Shown: positions 10,406 through 24,049, numbered from the whole stretch's first letter. The stretch is DNA of 63,942 nucleotides, filler included, from Octopus bimaculoides (GCF_001194135.2; 5 parts of 5 records of this genome joined end to end with filler, not necessarily neighbours in it); one strand, 5' to 3'. Translations and numbers: made by a program. The notes: generated by a model from the letters alone, not told the origin.

Positions 10406-10501
10406 AGAGAAAAACAGCCAGATGGAAGAAATATTTTCATTTATACAGAAGATCAAAAATAAAATTGCAAATGATAAAAAGAGATATGAACACACAATCC
10501 A
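10406..10501 (+). CDS. Candidate exon of an unidentified coiled-coil protein gene (exon A)
   Basis: Acceptor cttgctcttttgtag, donor gtgaga. Reads (A)EKNSQMEEIFSFIQKIKNKIANDKKRYEHTI(CA). The phase-2 end is compatible with exon B. Confidence 0.6.
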
Positions 10502-10831
10502 GTGAGAAAAGTATTTGAAATAATCGTTAACAGATATGAATGTATGAATGCCCTCGGGTTCATACAAGCATCTGTAAAAATGTGAGCATATGCACACATA
10601 AGGTTTGGTGGACTCATGATCACAAAGTGAGTCAGTTATTTACTTGGTGTTTATAAGAATGGGGAAGTTAAAAGCAAACTTAAGTCATCCATACCTTAAA
10701 GTAAATTAAATTAAGTTATCAGTTACTCAAAATTCATTCTCACTGCATTGTGTGAAAGTACATTTATATGCATGTAGGCATCTCGAGAGTCATTCAGAAA
10801 TTCTATTAAGTATATTCTCATTAGTCCACAG

Positions 10832-10882
10832 AATAGACAGGGATTCCTTGGAGCAGAGACGGCCTTTCCTGGAAAATATATT
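10832..10882 (+). CDS. Candidate exon B of the same gene
   Basis: Acceptor tccacag, donor gtatgg. CA|A completes Gln, then IDRDSLEQRRPFLENI(TT). Symmetric phase 2-2, 51 nt. Confidence 0.55.
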
Positions 10883-11159
10883 GTATGGTTTTGCATACCT
10901 TACTATGGACTAATTAATGCTGTACTTCATTTTATCCTCCTTCAGTCACCATACAAAATCTGCCAAAGATGTTGAATGTCTCTTATTTTTTTGTCTTAAA
11001 GCTGGCAACATGGTTATGATAGCGATTCTAAAATTAATCAGCTGTCTTCCCAATGTAAACATAGAGCCCTCCTCTTGTTTGCACAGTACATTTATATACA
11101 AGATTTTTACTCATACAGAGATTCTTCAAAAGACACTCTGATTTATCTCTGCATGAGCA

Positions 11160-11560
11160 TTTATCATATTCATTTGTATATAAGGCAGTCCTGCTTCCAC
11201 TAACCGATGTTGTTACTGTGCTAGCTGTATCATGAGTATTTCTACTACTACAAATTGGTCATAGTTGGTGTTTATCAATGTGGTTTACATCTCTTTGATT
11301 GGTATTTAGATGCAAATGTTTGCTAGATCCAGTAGGTGGGTTATTGAAACTTTGCTGCATTTTGCTATTGTTTATGTGATGCATAAGCTGCTCTAAGTTA
11401 GCAGAGTTGGCGTAGGATACCTTCAGAATGTGTTGATTAAAAATAGCATGATATCGATTAGATTTAGGAAAACACTTGTCTAAAGCAGCAAAAAATTTTC
11501 CAACTATCCTAGTTGAGACATGCAAACCGAAAATTGGGTGGAACCAAAGGACATCTATTG
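11160..11560 (-). mobile_element. Penelope-like element fragment (region between RT and GIY-YIG)
   Basis: The minus strand reads VLWFHPIFGLHVSTRIVGKFFAALDKCFPKSNRYHAIFNQHILKVSYANSAN. This matches the PLE motif WFNPPFS..V.TNIG..F..L.DK.FP....L.KIFN...K.SYS. Confidence 0.75.
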
Positions 11561-11593
11561 TTAGGCTTATTTGATGATATATAGATATATATA

Positions 11594-14500
11594 TATCATC
11601 ATCATCTTTGTCATCATTTAACGTCCAGTTTCCATGCTGGCATGGGTTGGACGATTTGACAGAAAACTTGTAAGCCAGGGGCTACAACCAGGTTTAGATC
11701 TGATTTGTAAGGTTCCTGCAGCTAGATGCCCTTCCTAATGCCAACCACTCTGGGTGTTTTTTGCAGGCCACTGGTATGGGTGCCAATAACCTGACACCGG
11801 CATCAGCCATGTCTACGGTCTCATTTGGCTTGACAGATCTACACAAGCATAGTGTATTGTGAACGGTCTTAGTCACCTGTCACTACCCTCATGAGGCCCA
11901 ATGGTTGAATGGTGCCTTTTACATGCCACCAGCATGGGTGCCAGTCAGACGGAACTGGCATTAGCCACGACTACAATTTCACTTAGTTTGACAGATCTTC
12001 ACAAGCACAGCATATCACTTAATGATTGAAAGTTGCTTTCAACAGGTCAGTTACACAACACTGGCATTGGCCACAACTACAATCTCACTTGGCTTGACAT
12101 TAATGTCTCCATGAGACCCAGCGCTTGAATGGTGGGTTTTACATGCTACTGGCATAGGTGCCAGTCAGATGGCTCTGGCATCAGCCATGGCTGTGATTTC
12201 ACTCAGCTCAACAAGGCTTCACAAGCACAGCATATTGCCCAACGATTGAAGAGTGTTTTTAACAGGCCAGATAAGCAACACTGACATCAACCACGACTAT
12301 GATCTCACTTGGCTTGATGGTTCTTCTCTAGCATGGCATATCTCCAAAGATTTTGATTGCTTGTCATTGCCTCTCTGAGGCCCAACATTCGAAGATTGTA
12401 CTATACTACCTTATCCCATGTCTTCCTGGGTCTACCTTTTCCACAGGTTCCCTCCACTGTTCCCTCCACTGTGACACTTCTTCACACAGCTGTCCTCATT
12501 CATACACAGCACATGCTCATAGCAGTACAGTCATCTCTCTTGCACATCACATCTGATGCTTCTTAGGTTCAACTTTTCTCTCAGGACGCTTACATTCTGT
12601 TGTGCATGCACACTGATATTTCCCATCCTGTGGAACATACTAGCTTCATTTCTTTCAAGCCTAAACATGTCTTCTGCAGCCACAGCCCATGTTTCACTGC
12701 CGTGTAGAATGGCTGTTCACACACAGGCATCATACAGTCTGCCTTTCACTCTGAGTGAGAGGCCCTTTGTCACCAGCGGAAGTAGGAGCTCTCTGAACAT
12801 TACCCAGCCCATTGTTATTCCAGCAGTAATGCTATCATAGCATCCACCACCATTACTGACTTGATCACCTAGGTAATGAAAGCTATCAACCACTCCTAGC
12901 TTACCCCTCTGGCATGTGATGAAATTTATTTTCTGTACATATTTGGTGTTTATTGTATCTTCCACACACAAAAGCTATCTTCTCTGTTAACCTTTGTTTA
13001 ATATTGCTGCACCTCTTATGTGTCCATAGCTTACACTGGGTACATCTAATGGAGTTTCTACCTATGCCTTTTCTACAGATTGAGCAGAGCTATCTATCTG
13101 AAGGGACTTGTGATTTGTCCCCTTCCTACTTACTAAGACTTTGGATTTTGCTAGGTTAACAATAAGGCCCTTTGATTCTAAACCTTACTTCCATGCCTGA
13201 AATTTCTTCTCTAGTTCTGGTAGCCTGGAGGACTATGATGAACAAGAGGGGGATAAGGACTGATCCTTGGTGAGCACTTACTTCTACCCTGAATTCTTCA
13301 CTATAGTTACCAGCCCTCACCTTACTGACAGCATCCTTGTACATTGCTTGTACAGCTCTCACCAACCACTAATCTATCCCTAGTTTCTGCATTCACCACC
13401 AGATAAGGAATCGGAGGACCCTGTCAAAAGCTTTCTCCATATCAACAAAAGCCAAGTCTCTGGTCCTCATGATGCAGAACATTGCCAAATCTCTTTTCTG
13501 CTTCCCCTCTGGCTAAGTAAACTTGTCTCCTAGCTTTTCTTTTGGCTATCTGATATAGTTCCCTGCTACCACCTCACTTCCTGTCCTTCCAGGCCTGTTT
13601 CTTTTCCCTAATGGCCCTGTCAACTACATTGTTCTATCACCATGTCACCCTAGGTTGACAGGAGACTTTGCACCATCTACAGATCTGGTCAGTAGCCTTC
13701 AACAAGTTGTTCCATAGGAATTTCCAGTTGTCCTCCACTTCATGTGATGTTGTATCCTCCTCTTTTTCATCAAAAGCTTCAAGTAATATGCCTCTAAATT
13801 TCTGTTCATTCAGAGGATCCTTAAGCTTCCAGACCTTTCTTTTCCACACTGGTCATCTTCTGGGCAGCCATTTATCCCTGATTCTGAAGTCACTAACAGC
13901 TAACCTATGTTGTGGGGTGCATGCTTCACCTGGAAAAGTTTTGGTATCTATAAGGAGCCATCTTTCTCATTTCTTGGCAAGAATGTAGTCAATCTGACTA
14001 GTGTGTCCACCAGACTAGTAGGTGAACAGGTGACTGACAGGTTTCCTGAAGTTACTATTAGAGATCGTAAGATCATTTGCATCACAGAACTCCAGCAGCC
14101 TGGTTCCCTCCTAATTACAGGAACCAAATCCGTTTACACCATGCACACCATGGAAGCTCCTCAGATGTTGTCCAACATGCCCATTGAAGTCGCCAGCCAC
14201 AAAGAGAAGATCCCTGTCATTCATCAACAAGGTAGTCCACAAGAGGGTTGTCATAAAATTAGTCTTTGTGTTCATCCAGTAGCCCTGGCTGAGAGGCATA
14301 GGCTGAGATAATGGTTGCTATTCCATGTTGCAGCACTAATCTAAGCTTAAGTACTTGTGTATATCAAGAGAGACAATCCTAGGCATGTATACAGGACAGA
14401 TATCTATTCAAATGAGTCTGAATATCAGTGCCACTTTGTGTGTGCAGTGTGCAGTCTGTGACTGAGGCAGCATGAGTGAGCATGTGCGCAAGGACATAAT

Positions 14501-14800
14501 GTGTAGTCTGTGACTGAGACGAGTAAGTGTCTACAGTCTCAATCCATGATATCAGCAAAAATGTTCTTGCTGGAGTGCATTGTGAAATGCATGGAAGGTT
14601 TTTCTGTTGTCATGGGTATTTGCTGAGATAAGCAAGTATGACAGTGTGGCATGCTGGCGCATTGCGAGAGACAGACAACTTTCTCTATGTATACATGACC
14701 AACCTGTAGTCTTACAAAGGTAAGTTGTGTCTAGAACAAGGGTGCAGAGAGCATGAGACATCCGATATGCATTAAATCAAGTAAAAAGCTGAGCAGGCAC
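11594..14800 (-). mobile_element. Long, internally deleted, old RTE LINE (endonuclease to 3' tail)
   Basis: (CAT)n tail at 11594, 3'UTR repeats at 11840-12330, RT motifs (VEVSAHQGSVL, VDSFHYLGDQVS) and EN motif FVAGDFNGHVG (14111-14299). Heavy CpG decay. Confidence 0.88.
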
Positions 14801-15149
14801 AGACATGATGGAAACAAGACAGTTGAAGCACAATATTAAGGTGCATGTGGTGCATGAATGTGATGGAGTCAGCATGCATATATGTGTGTATGAATATTGT
14901 GTGGTGCATCAAAAGGAATGAACAGTACAGAAATGAATAAATAAAAGTAGAAATAGTGTCCTTTCTTAAAAGTTTATTGCTGAAAGGTGATAAAAGATGT
15001 GCATGTAAAGAAAAAGTGTTGTTGAGAGTCTATATAATACTAACATATGAACAAAAGTATGTGGATAATGCAGAGTCTGTATGTTAGGACAAGACAAAAG
15101 GTGTGTGTGTGCTGAAAAGGTTGCATGTGCAAGCTTCCATATTTTTATC

Positions 15150-15450
15150 TAGTTAGTTTCTGGGCAGATGGCTGTCGGAATGCTACATTTATGGGATTCC
15201 ATGGTCAGCGAGCTCTTTGTGTGTCATAATGGAATGCATTGTAGTGGAGTGCATTTCATGGAACTTGAGTAGTAGCCAGGTAGAAGTTGACTGCGGGATG
15301 ATTGTCAGTGGACAGCACGTAGTTAGATTGAGACTGCACATTAAGTTGATAAGGGTGCATATTGGTGCTGATGAAAGCTGTCATTCTTTTCTTTGAGTAT
15401 AGCGACTGTTGAAATGGAGAGTGTGGTTCTTTAGTTTGGCTCATTAAATG
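15150..15450 (-). mobile_element. Old LINE endonuclease remnant (tentative)
   Basis: The minus-strand ORF contains LSTDNHPAV, resembling the APE C-terminal SDH.P motif. Confidence 0.35.
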
Positions 15451-15580
15451 TACATGATGGGTTTAGAACATGTAGAATCAAAAGGCAGTAATTCGTTTTG
15501 AGTCGGGGTCTCCAATTGTAACGGAGTTAGGCATCAGAATAAATGAAATTTTGTGGCTAAATAGATAACTAATTGAATAA

Positions 15581-18178
15581 CACAGGGCAACAACAAAATT
15601 TTTTGTCATGCTATTTAAACTTTTTCAGCTGATTTAGGGTAATTTTAGAGGAGCTGAATCCGAATCTGACATCAGTTTTCATATAGGACGTGTAGTTTTT
15701 TAGATTTATTCACAGCATCAGATTTTCCAACCAATTGATAATATTGACAAAGTAGTAGGCTATTTGCTTTCAATTTTCATACATATACTTATCCCTGAAA
15801 CAAAAATAAGTGCTGATAGAGGGAAATGTAGGCTATCTGTTAAATTGCCACACAAGATGAGAATTTATTTTACTTTGTTATCGCTGTAATTATAGTAAAG
15901 TTCTCCTCACAATAGGCTATTGATATTAGGTTATAGTAAGCCACTCAGACACCCTTTTCTTGATAACTGCTAGTGCTGTTAAAACAAAGTACATCAAATA
16001 AGAGAGCCAGGTTATATGGAAAGTAGTTTACTAATAAGTTTAGTTATTTATTAAAGTGATCAATGTTTGAAACTTAGAGATGGAAAAAATTATTTCATGA
16101 CAGCCATAGCTTCAGTACATTCTATAATAATTTCAATGATTTTTTTTGAGAAATATATTTGGATGTTTTACAGTAACATTTACAGTTGATTAATTTTATA
16201 ATTTAGTTTACTGATAGGCTTCCTTGAGTGTTGATTTAGTTTATTACTGTATGTATTTATGATGAGCAGAAAAGTTTGTGCTAATCACCCAGACAGCTTT
16301 TGTTACGTGTGTAGAAAATTTATGCCAAAAGATCAGAGAAATAGGCTTACAAAGGAATTTTTAAATGCTTACAAGCTTTACTTTGGGTGCAAAATTGGGG
16401 ACTAGATAAACTGTGGGTGCCTCATATTTGTTGCAAAAACTGCTACATAGCACTAACCCAATGGCTGAATGGTAAATGGAAAAGTATGCCATTTGCAGTA
16501 CCAATAATATATGGTGCAAACCAACAAACCACTATACTGACTGTTATTTCCGCTTAACTAACATCACAGGTTTCTCCAAGAAGAACAAATCCAGGATTGT
16601 TTATCCAGATTGCTCTTTAGCTTTAAAACCAGTTGCTCATGCTGCTAAAAATATTCCGATTCCAGAACTTCCTTCATCTTTTGATAAAGATAGTTTAAGT
16701 GAAGAAAGTACTGCATCTACTTCAACTGAAGGCATACCAAGTGATACAGCAGTTTACTGTGATGGACCAGGATCTTCGGAAAAAGTTCCTCGTTTACTAA
16801 GTCAACTTGAGTTAAATGATTTAGTTAGAGACTTGGGTTTAACAAAAAAAAAAAGTCAAAACAATGGAATCTTTTACACGATGGTGTAAAAATGCTTGTA
16901 TTTTCAAAAATAGCATACAGAATTTCATGAATTTTTTATGGAGAAAGACGGTATTTGTTTTTGTTGTGATGTTGAAGGACTCCTACGTGAGATGGGGTGT
17001 GGCCATAATCCTGAAGAATGGAGACTCTTCATAGATTCCAGCAAATCAAGCCTAAAAGCTGTCTTGCTGCATAATGGCAATCAAAAATCTTCAATACCAC
17101 AGCACATGCTGTAGGATTAAAGGAAACTTAGGAATCAATGGATAACATTTTTCACTTGATTAAATATTCTGAACACAAGTGGAATATATGCAGGGACTTG
17201 AAAGTTATTGGTTTGCTTCTTGGGTTGCAAATGGGGTATACAAAGCATCAGTGCTTTTTGTGCCTTTGGAACAGCAGAGATGACAAGCATCACTATGATC
17301 AAAAAGAGTGGCCAAAGAGAAGTGATTTCATTTCAAGGAGATACAACGTTAAATATATCCATTTAATTGACCCTCAGAAAATTTACCTTCCTCGCTTACA
17401 CATTAAACCTGGCTTGTTTAAGAATTTTGTTAAGGCCATGAATGAAGATGGTGAAGGATTCAAATATCTCAGTGAAAACTTTCAACAGCAGATCGAGAAA
17501 TTAATTTTTTGTAACTAAACACTTTCAAACTTCAGACACTGGTAGAATATATCATATAAAACATCTTTTACTCTTAGTGTTGTTGAGAAAAGTTATTTCA
17601 TGTTAAAGTTGTCGTGTTTCGGTAATTTCAACCAATCAATGACGTGTATTCAGCTGAATAAAATTACTGCTGTTGTTTGTCAACAACAACTTCCGGTGTT
17701 GTTGACAAACAACAGCCATAATTTTATTCAGCTGAATACACATCATTGATTGGTTGAAATTACTGAAATACAACACCTTTAACACGAAATAACTTTGAAA
17801 ATAGAAACTTTTCTCAACAGCACTGAGAGTAAAGGATGTTTTATATGACACATTCTACCAGTGTTCAAAGTTTGAAAGTGTTTAGTTACAAAAAATTAAT
17901 TTCTTGATCCAAATTTGTTTCTAGCAAGAGTGAAGCTAAGATTAAAGCTGGTGTTTTTAATGGACCAGAAATTCGCATGCTAATTTGTGATGAGCATTTT
18001 CAAAAAAATTAAGCCCAGTAGAGAAAACTGCTTGGGAAAAGTTTGATAGCAGTATAATAATGATAGCACAAAAATATGACATGCTAGAGCAAAAATGATT
18101 ATAGATTTGGAATCAGCACTCCCAAATTACCTATGAGCACCATTTTGCCTAATAGTAGCAAAATTTTGTTGCCTAGTG
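15581..18178 (+). mobile_element. Chapaev3-like (CMC superfamily) DNA transposon, decayed
   Basis: TIRs cacagggcaacaacaaaatt / aaaattttgttgcctagtg with matching subterminal gctgaatccgaatc / gatttggaatcagc. TAA on both flanks (3-bp TSD). Transposase from ATG 16262: CANHPDSFCYVC..., NHYTDCYF, LFIDSSKSSLKAVLLHNGN, GYTKHQCFLCLWNSR, LHIKPGLFKNFVKA. The superfamily call is from memory of family features. Confidence 0.8.
17491..17909. mobile_element. ~420-bp near-perfect palindromic (foldback/MITE-like) insertion
   Basis: The left arm gatcgagaaattaattttttgtaactaaacac... mirrors the right arm ...gtgtttagttacaaaaaattaatttcttgatc, with the centre near 17692. It interrupts the transposase between FKYLSENFQQ and SEAKIKAGVFNGPEIR. 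Confidence 0.85.
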
Positions 18179-18939
18179 TAATTATTATTATAATGGGTGC
18201 TATAAAGTGAAACAGAATTGAACATTTGCATTTCTTAACTTTACTATAACATACAGCGTGGAGTAAATGAAACTTTGTGACTAAATAGATAAATAAATGA
18301 ACAATAATAATAATAATCATTATAATGAACACTATAAAGAGAGAGAGAGAGAATTGAACATTGGATTTTTTAACTTTACAATAATATATAGCATGTGATA
18401 AACGAAACTGTGTAGGTAAATAGATAACTTAATGAATAATAATAACTATAATGAGCACTATAAAATGAGGATTAGATGTGCGATGTCAGACAAATAAGAG
18501 TTGCTTATCTGAGCATTTTCTCTTCATACTTCCACTTCATGAGGCAGGGATCGCAAATATGAAGTAGGGAAGCTGATGGGAGCTAATTTATAGGGGGTAG
18601 AAGTCATATCCTTATAGCTGGCAAAATGGTGAACAACAAAACACTATGGATGCCGTATTCCTTAGCTATATATATATTGTTTATTTCCATGAATAAGATG
18701 ACCTTTAAATAAGACAAAGACAAAATTTGTAAAAAATTTCATGAACTTATCTCATATCTGTAGTATAAGACAACTGCTAAATTACAAAACCATCTGTGTA
18801 CAAGCTAGCTTTTGCAGCAACAGGTATCTTTAGAAATATTGGTCATGTAAAGATGATGTTATTACAAATGTTGTTTTTTTTATCTACTATATCCTTAGAA
18901 ATTAAAATAGACGAAATAACAAATCCGTTTCTTTATGTT

Positions 18940-19398
18940 TTTTCATACAAATGTTGCCTAAAAGGCTATCTGATCAAGCGAATTGGAGTCGACCATTATG
19001 GTCAGTATCAATTGGACATTTGGCAGTAGATGAGAGAAAAACTTCCTAAGCAGAGAATTGTACTCAAGTGGAGTGTTGCTGAGTTCTTGCAAATAATGAA
19101 GAAACTCAGATGGTGCCCTATCTCCCAGGTGTTCATCCAGCATCAGTGTCTGGAATTAATTCTCTGTGGATTGTGTGTTCCAACGGAGAACCTCAGATTT
19201 GACAGACGTGTAAGTCATGTCCAGATGTGGGTCAGTGATGAGATCTTTCGCTGAGCGTGCAAGAGGTGAAGGCATCCTACAGTACAAAAGGTTTAGCTGC
19301 TGTTGGTGAGGTACAGCATGGGCGGAAAAATATGCATCCAATTGAGCAAACCAAAGTGTGACATCACCAGAGTATGCGGGTAAGCTGGGAAGACTCAT
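18940..19398 (-). mobile_element. LTR retrotransposon gag-like fragment (Gypsy-type)
   Basis: LPAYSGDVTLWFAQLDAYF...LGDRAPSEFL...LLPNVQLIL, split over two frames. Confidence 0.7.
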
Positions 19399-19899
19399 TT
19401 TGTACAGAGGAAAGAAAAGGAAAGGACCAAAGAACTGACAAAAGTGTTGTTAGTATAGTAACGTGTGCGCAAAAAAAAAAATTTCCGAACAAGATATTGA
19501 TTTTTTTTTTGTGTACTGTGTGCAGCAAAGAAAAAATTTTTTTTAGTTGCCAAACCTGTATTGTAGTCTGCTGAAAAAAATTATTATTATTTGTTTTTTT
19601 TTGTTTAAGAAAGCGTCAGAAAGTGGTGGGTGAACTGGTAATTTTCTGTTTCAACATGTGAGGCATCTGAACATGGTGGTAGACGGGAACAATGGCTGGA
19701 AGTTGATGGCCAGCCTGCTTGAAGTGTCCTCCCATTGCTGCATTTGGTGTATTTACTGGTATCAAACGTTGACCGTTGACATTGTGGGCGAATTACTTCA
19801 AAAGGAGATTATTTGAAAGAATACTGTGTAAGAAGAATACGTGTAAGAAAAATGCATGCTCTGCAAGGTACAAGTTTGAGGTGAAGGACATGAATTCTA

Positions 19900-22565
19900 A
19901 AGGTTCACTTGAACGAGAGAAGATATTCTGACATCGGGCCATTGATTTTTAGTTGAGAATGCAAGCAAAGACTGCCATTTTGTAGTTTAGATGAAGCATC
20001 CTTTTGAGTGAGGCATCCTTTTTTTGATCTGGGTCACCATTTTATGATGGAATGGAAGGTTTTCTGCCATTATAATTAGTTTTGTAGTTTCAGGGATCTG
20101 GAACACGAAGAATTTCACATTCTCGTTTGTGTGGTTCACACTCGGTGCATGGTTTGTTTTAACTCTGTACACATGAGGTTCATTACCTTTGGAGATAAGC
20201 AGGTGGAATCAGAGTGGGACAAGAGTCCGCTGTGAGCTGCTGGCTACGGAGTGTTTCTTGCGTAAGCGTGAGAAGAAATGAGAGAGTAAATGTTGTTGGT
20301 TTCTTGCTTAAATACTGGTTGTCGGTGAGAATCTCGTTGTTGTCTTGCACATGGCAAATGGTTGCAGGCGAGATCTTGTTCTTGTCTCGCACATGGCAAT
20401 GGCTACCAGTGAGATCTCGTTCAAAATGATGCTGACTTTTTATGCCTTGCTACAGTTTTATGTTCTGATGTGAACATCTCACAGAAACTTTTTAAACTCA
20501 CAGTATACAAACTGTATTCCATCCTAAAAGACAATTATATCCATTACACCAAATCTTGTGAACAGTTCATGTAAGAAGTTTATTACTGTATATGAGGTTG
20601 GTCATTTACACCTCGTGACCTCAAGCCATTTTGTGTAGCTGTCCACTACTATTAAGTAACAATATCCAATTACTGGGCCTGCAAAATTAATATGCAATCG
20701 GGACCATGGTATTTTCACTTCTGGCCAGGGTTCACATTTTGTAGTAAGTAGTTTCGCTGCCAGCACACATCCTCTGCAGCCTTTCACCAGGTCTTCAACT
20801 TCCTTGTCCATGCTTGGCCAGTATACAAAACTTAACATCAGCACTTTCATTCTAGAGATGTCTGGGTGTCCCACGTGGTACTTTTTTAGCATTCTCTTCT
20901 GTAATGTGTATGGTATGACCACCCTCTAAGCGTACACCATCACTTATAGAGTACATGCTCACATCTTGGTGGTTCTTTGCATCAGACCTTTCTTTATTTC
21001 CTTTTGTTGACCACAGTTTTCTTTTTATCTCATTAATAAATCTGTCATTTCTCGCATTTCTTTTTATTTCTTCCAAAATTACTGGTAGTTCACGCATGAT
21101 GTTCCGCATCACTTTTTTTGTTTCTGCTCTTACCATTGCTATTACGGTGTCCTCCAGTGATTCATTATTTCTTGGAATAATACTAGGTAGAGCATCAGCA
21201 TACCTCAACTTTTTAAAAGTTCATTGACCTTGTTTGACTGCTCCTTTTACATTATTGCACAAAATGCTTATGGGTGTATCCCATAAATTGAATTTCTCCA
21301 TACATTCAGTGCCAAATAAGTTCATGGATTTTTTCAACACATAAACATTCACTTTTTTGGTTCAACCTTTGAACATTATATTACAAATGTGTTTGCCCGT
21401 AAAATATGATTTTCTCCCCGTAACATCATATGCTAATTTGTTTGGACTACATAATTTTAGTTTACCTATTTGTTCCTATGTTTTCTCATTTATGATTGTG
21501 ATGTCACTTCCTATGTCTAACTTCATTCTGTCACTAGTGGTTTCAATTCTCACATTCACAAATTTTCTGTTTGTTGTTGTCACAACTTTTCGTGCTAACA
21601 AATTATTTATTTCATCTTGTTTGTTCCATTTTCCTATCATTCTAGTTTTGCAGTGTGATTTTATGTCCTGTAAACCTGCAGTGAAAACACTTTGCTTTTT
21701 TATACGGACAATCTTTTTTTAGGTGCATCCAACTGCATGCCATACATCCTGATATTTTTTCTGTTTTCCCTGCAACACTTTATTTGTCTTCCGACTTTTT
21801 TGCACTGGTCTTTCCATTGAATTTCTTCCATGACACACCTTAATTTTCATATCATGTCACACTCTTCTGACAGTTTCTGCAATGTCAAATCCTGGTTCAT
21901 TTCCAGTTTTGCTAGAATTTTCCTTCAGATTTCTGCGTCCCTTTTATTTGTCAATTCTTGTGAAAAAAATCAAACATTTGAAAGAATCTGGAGTAAGCAT
22001 ATCCAGCCTAAATCTCTTACATTCTTCATTGACTCTACCCGTGTAAGTAATGAAGTCTTCATCTTTGCTCTTTTCTATGTTTAAACAAACATTTCCATCT
22101 AGTATTAAACAGTGATCTCTTTTCACTAAACATTTTATACAGAATGTCTACTGTGTCAGTGAAATTTATGTCAGACGCTTTTTTTTGGCAATATGAAGTT
22201 ACTATACTTCTCATGCTCTGCTGTTGCTAGTTTTCTTAAAACGAGATGTGTTTTCATTCTGTCCATGCAATCTTGACATTCTTTTTCAAAAATTTATTCA
22301 AATCTTTGAAAGTAAGCCTCAATGGTCACTCCTTCTTTGTGTCATATTTGAATTCACTTATGGAATTTGCTACATGGTCAGGTGAAAATGTATTCTCCAG
22401 CTTGGTTATCAACTTCATTAGTTGTAACATTTGCTGCTGCAATCCTTGTTGTTCCTTGAGTTGTTGCTGTTTTTGCAACTCAACTACCCCAGCTAATAAG
22501 TCTTCCGTATCTATGATTTTCGTAAGTTTGCATAACAAGATTTTTGCTTTTGTTTTCATCAAATT
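19900..22565 (-). mobile_element. Gypsy LTR retrotransposon internal region (gag, protease, integrase; RT/RNase H largely deleted)
   Basis: Gag-like ORFs at 22326-22562 and 21944-22126. Integrase zinc finger H-x3-H...YWPSMDKEVEDLVKGCRGC and core PWSRLHINFAGP...LIVVDSYTKW at 20602-20922. LTRs not confidently located. Confidence 0.85.
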
Positions 22566-22574
22566 ATTTGTGTT

Positions 22575-23062
22575 TGCTTATGGGAATTTTCTTGATCATG
22601 GGGTCCCAGATTTGTTGCCTGTGTATCGTCAGTCTGTCCCTCAAGGTCAAAGTAGTTTCACTTATGTCTCCATCACACCCACCACATTTGAGGACATAGG
22701 TTTAAGTTCTTTGATGCATAGGTGAAGTGATATTTTATGGTGAAAATTTGACTTGGCTTAAATTTATATGTTGAGTCCTCCAAGAGGTAGATGCAAGTCC
22801 CACAGTTAGGATGGTTGCATTTTTTGACTAGTGGAGTTGTATTTTTGATGGGTAATTTGGCACTGGTAAGTAACCTGTTTAGGGATTGCAGTTGTTTTTT
22901 ACTTTTAATAAATCTATGTGTTTCCATTGCTTTTTTCACTTGCAGGTCATTCAGAAGAAGGGGTATGTTCTGATGGATGATGTTATATGCTTCCATGTTT
23001 CTCAGATTGTATGTTGATATGTAATACAAAGTTTTAAGTGTATCTGTTTCAGTATGGTACAA
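22575..23062 (-). mobile_element. Penelope-like element GIY-YIG endonuclease fragment
   Basis: SKKQLQSLNRLLTSAK...KKCNHPNCGTC...ASKNL, the Cys motif that precedes the GIY-YIG domain in PLEs. Confidence 0.78.
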
Positions 23063-23435
23063 GTTAGGGCCACTGTTGAAAAAAATGGTTCACTGAGTGC
23101 AGACCCTTAGAGGATCAGTGAAATACTGAATGTGCATTACAGGAATGTTTTCACGACTCCATTGACACACTTACAAATAGCTATGCCTGGTGAGGTTTTT
23201 GGCATTACAGCTCTATACAGATGGTAATTATTGGTAACATTGATAAAGAGGAAACTGATGTAACAACAGCCATTAATGAAATTAGCTCAAACTCAGCCAC
23301 ATGCACTTGTGGATTCCCAGCAATTCTAAAGAAATGCAAAGGACTTTAGCAAGACCACTACAGCTTCTCTTCCAGAGCTTCATCACAACTGGGAAACTTC
23401 CCAGAAAGTTAAAGGAAGGCATAATATGTCATATC
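23062..23435 (+). mobile_element. Older fragment of the same LINE family as 756-4553
   Basis: Aligns by eye to 2740-3125 (agaccact(g/a)cagc...cagagcttc...aaacttcc...aaggaagg). Confidence 0.8.
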
Positions 23436-24049
23436 TGTCGGTAGTACTTTAGTGCCTTCCCAAATTCTTATATTTTAGAGTAGAGCTTCAGTGCAGTGCC
23501 CAGATTGTTTCTAAGCAAAGAAACAGACTAAAAGTTATTGAATGTGGGGAATTTAGATTACTTTTTAGTTCCTTTTGGCCAAATGTCAGGAAGTTGATAT
23601 CCCTGCACAATGTACAGCTACTGCATTAGGAATATGAAAACAATATAGTTACAGGTGAAATGTAAATTTAGTCTTTTATATTGTAAAAACAACAAAATAA
23701 TGTGTTAATTAGGTTTTATTTGTGAAAAAGTTGTTTTGAATTTGCAATAGGTCTATGTTTGTTGTGGTGAGTGGTGGGGTTACTAAGAATGTGGCATGGG
23801 TGCCAAAGGGGCAGCAGTCCAAAAACATTAGATAACCACTGTTTTAGACAAACACTCACCTAAATCCAGCTTGTATCATAAAATTTTCAATACACACATG
23901 ATTAAACTGGTTTACTTTATTATGCCAAGTATTGCTGAATATATAGCACAGTTTAACTGTGGCGAATGAAGCTGTACAGTTAATAACACTACAACTACTA
24001 ACTGCCAATGTAACGGCATTACTTCTAGCCATCTAAATAACTGCAGGAT

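Noticed and set aside
19420-19990. Possible Gypsy LTR
   Set aside because: No second copy, TG..CA ends, PBS or PPT could be identified convincingly.
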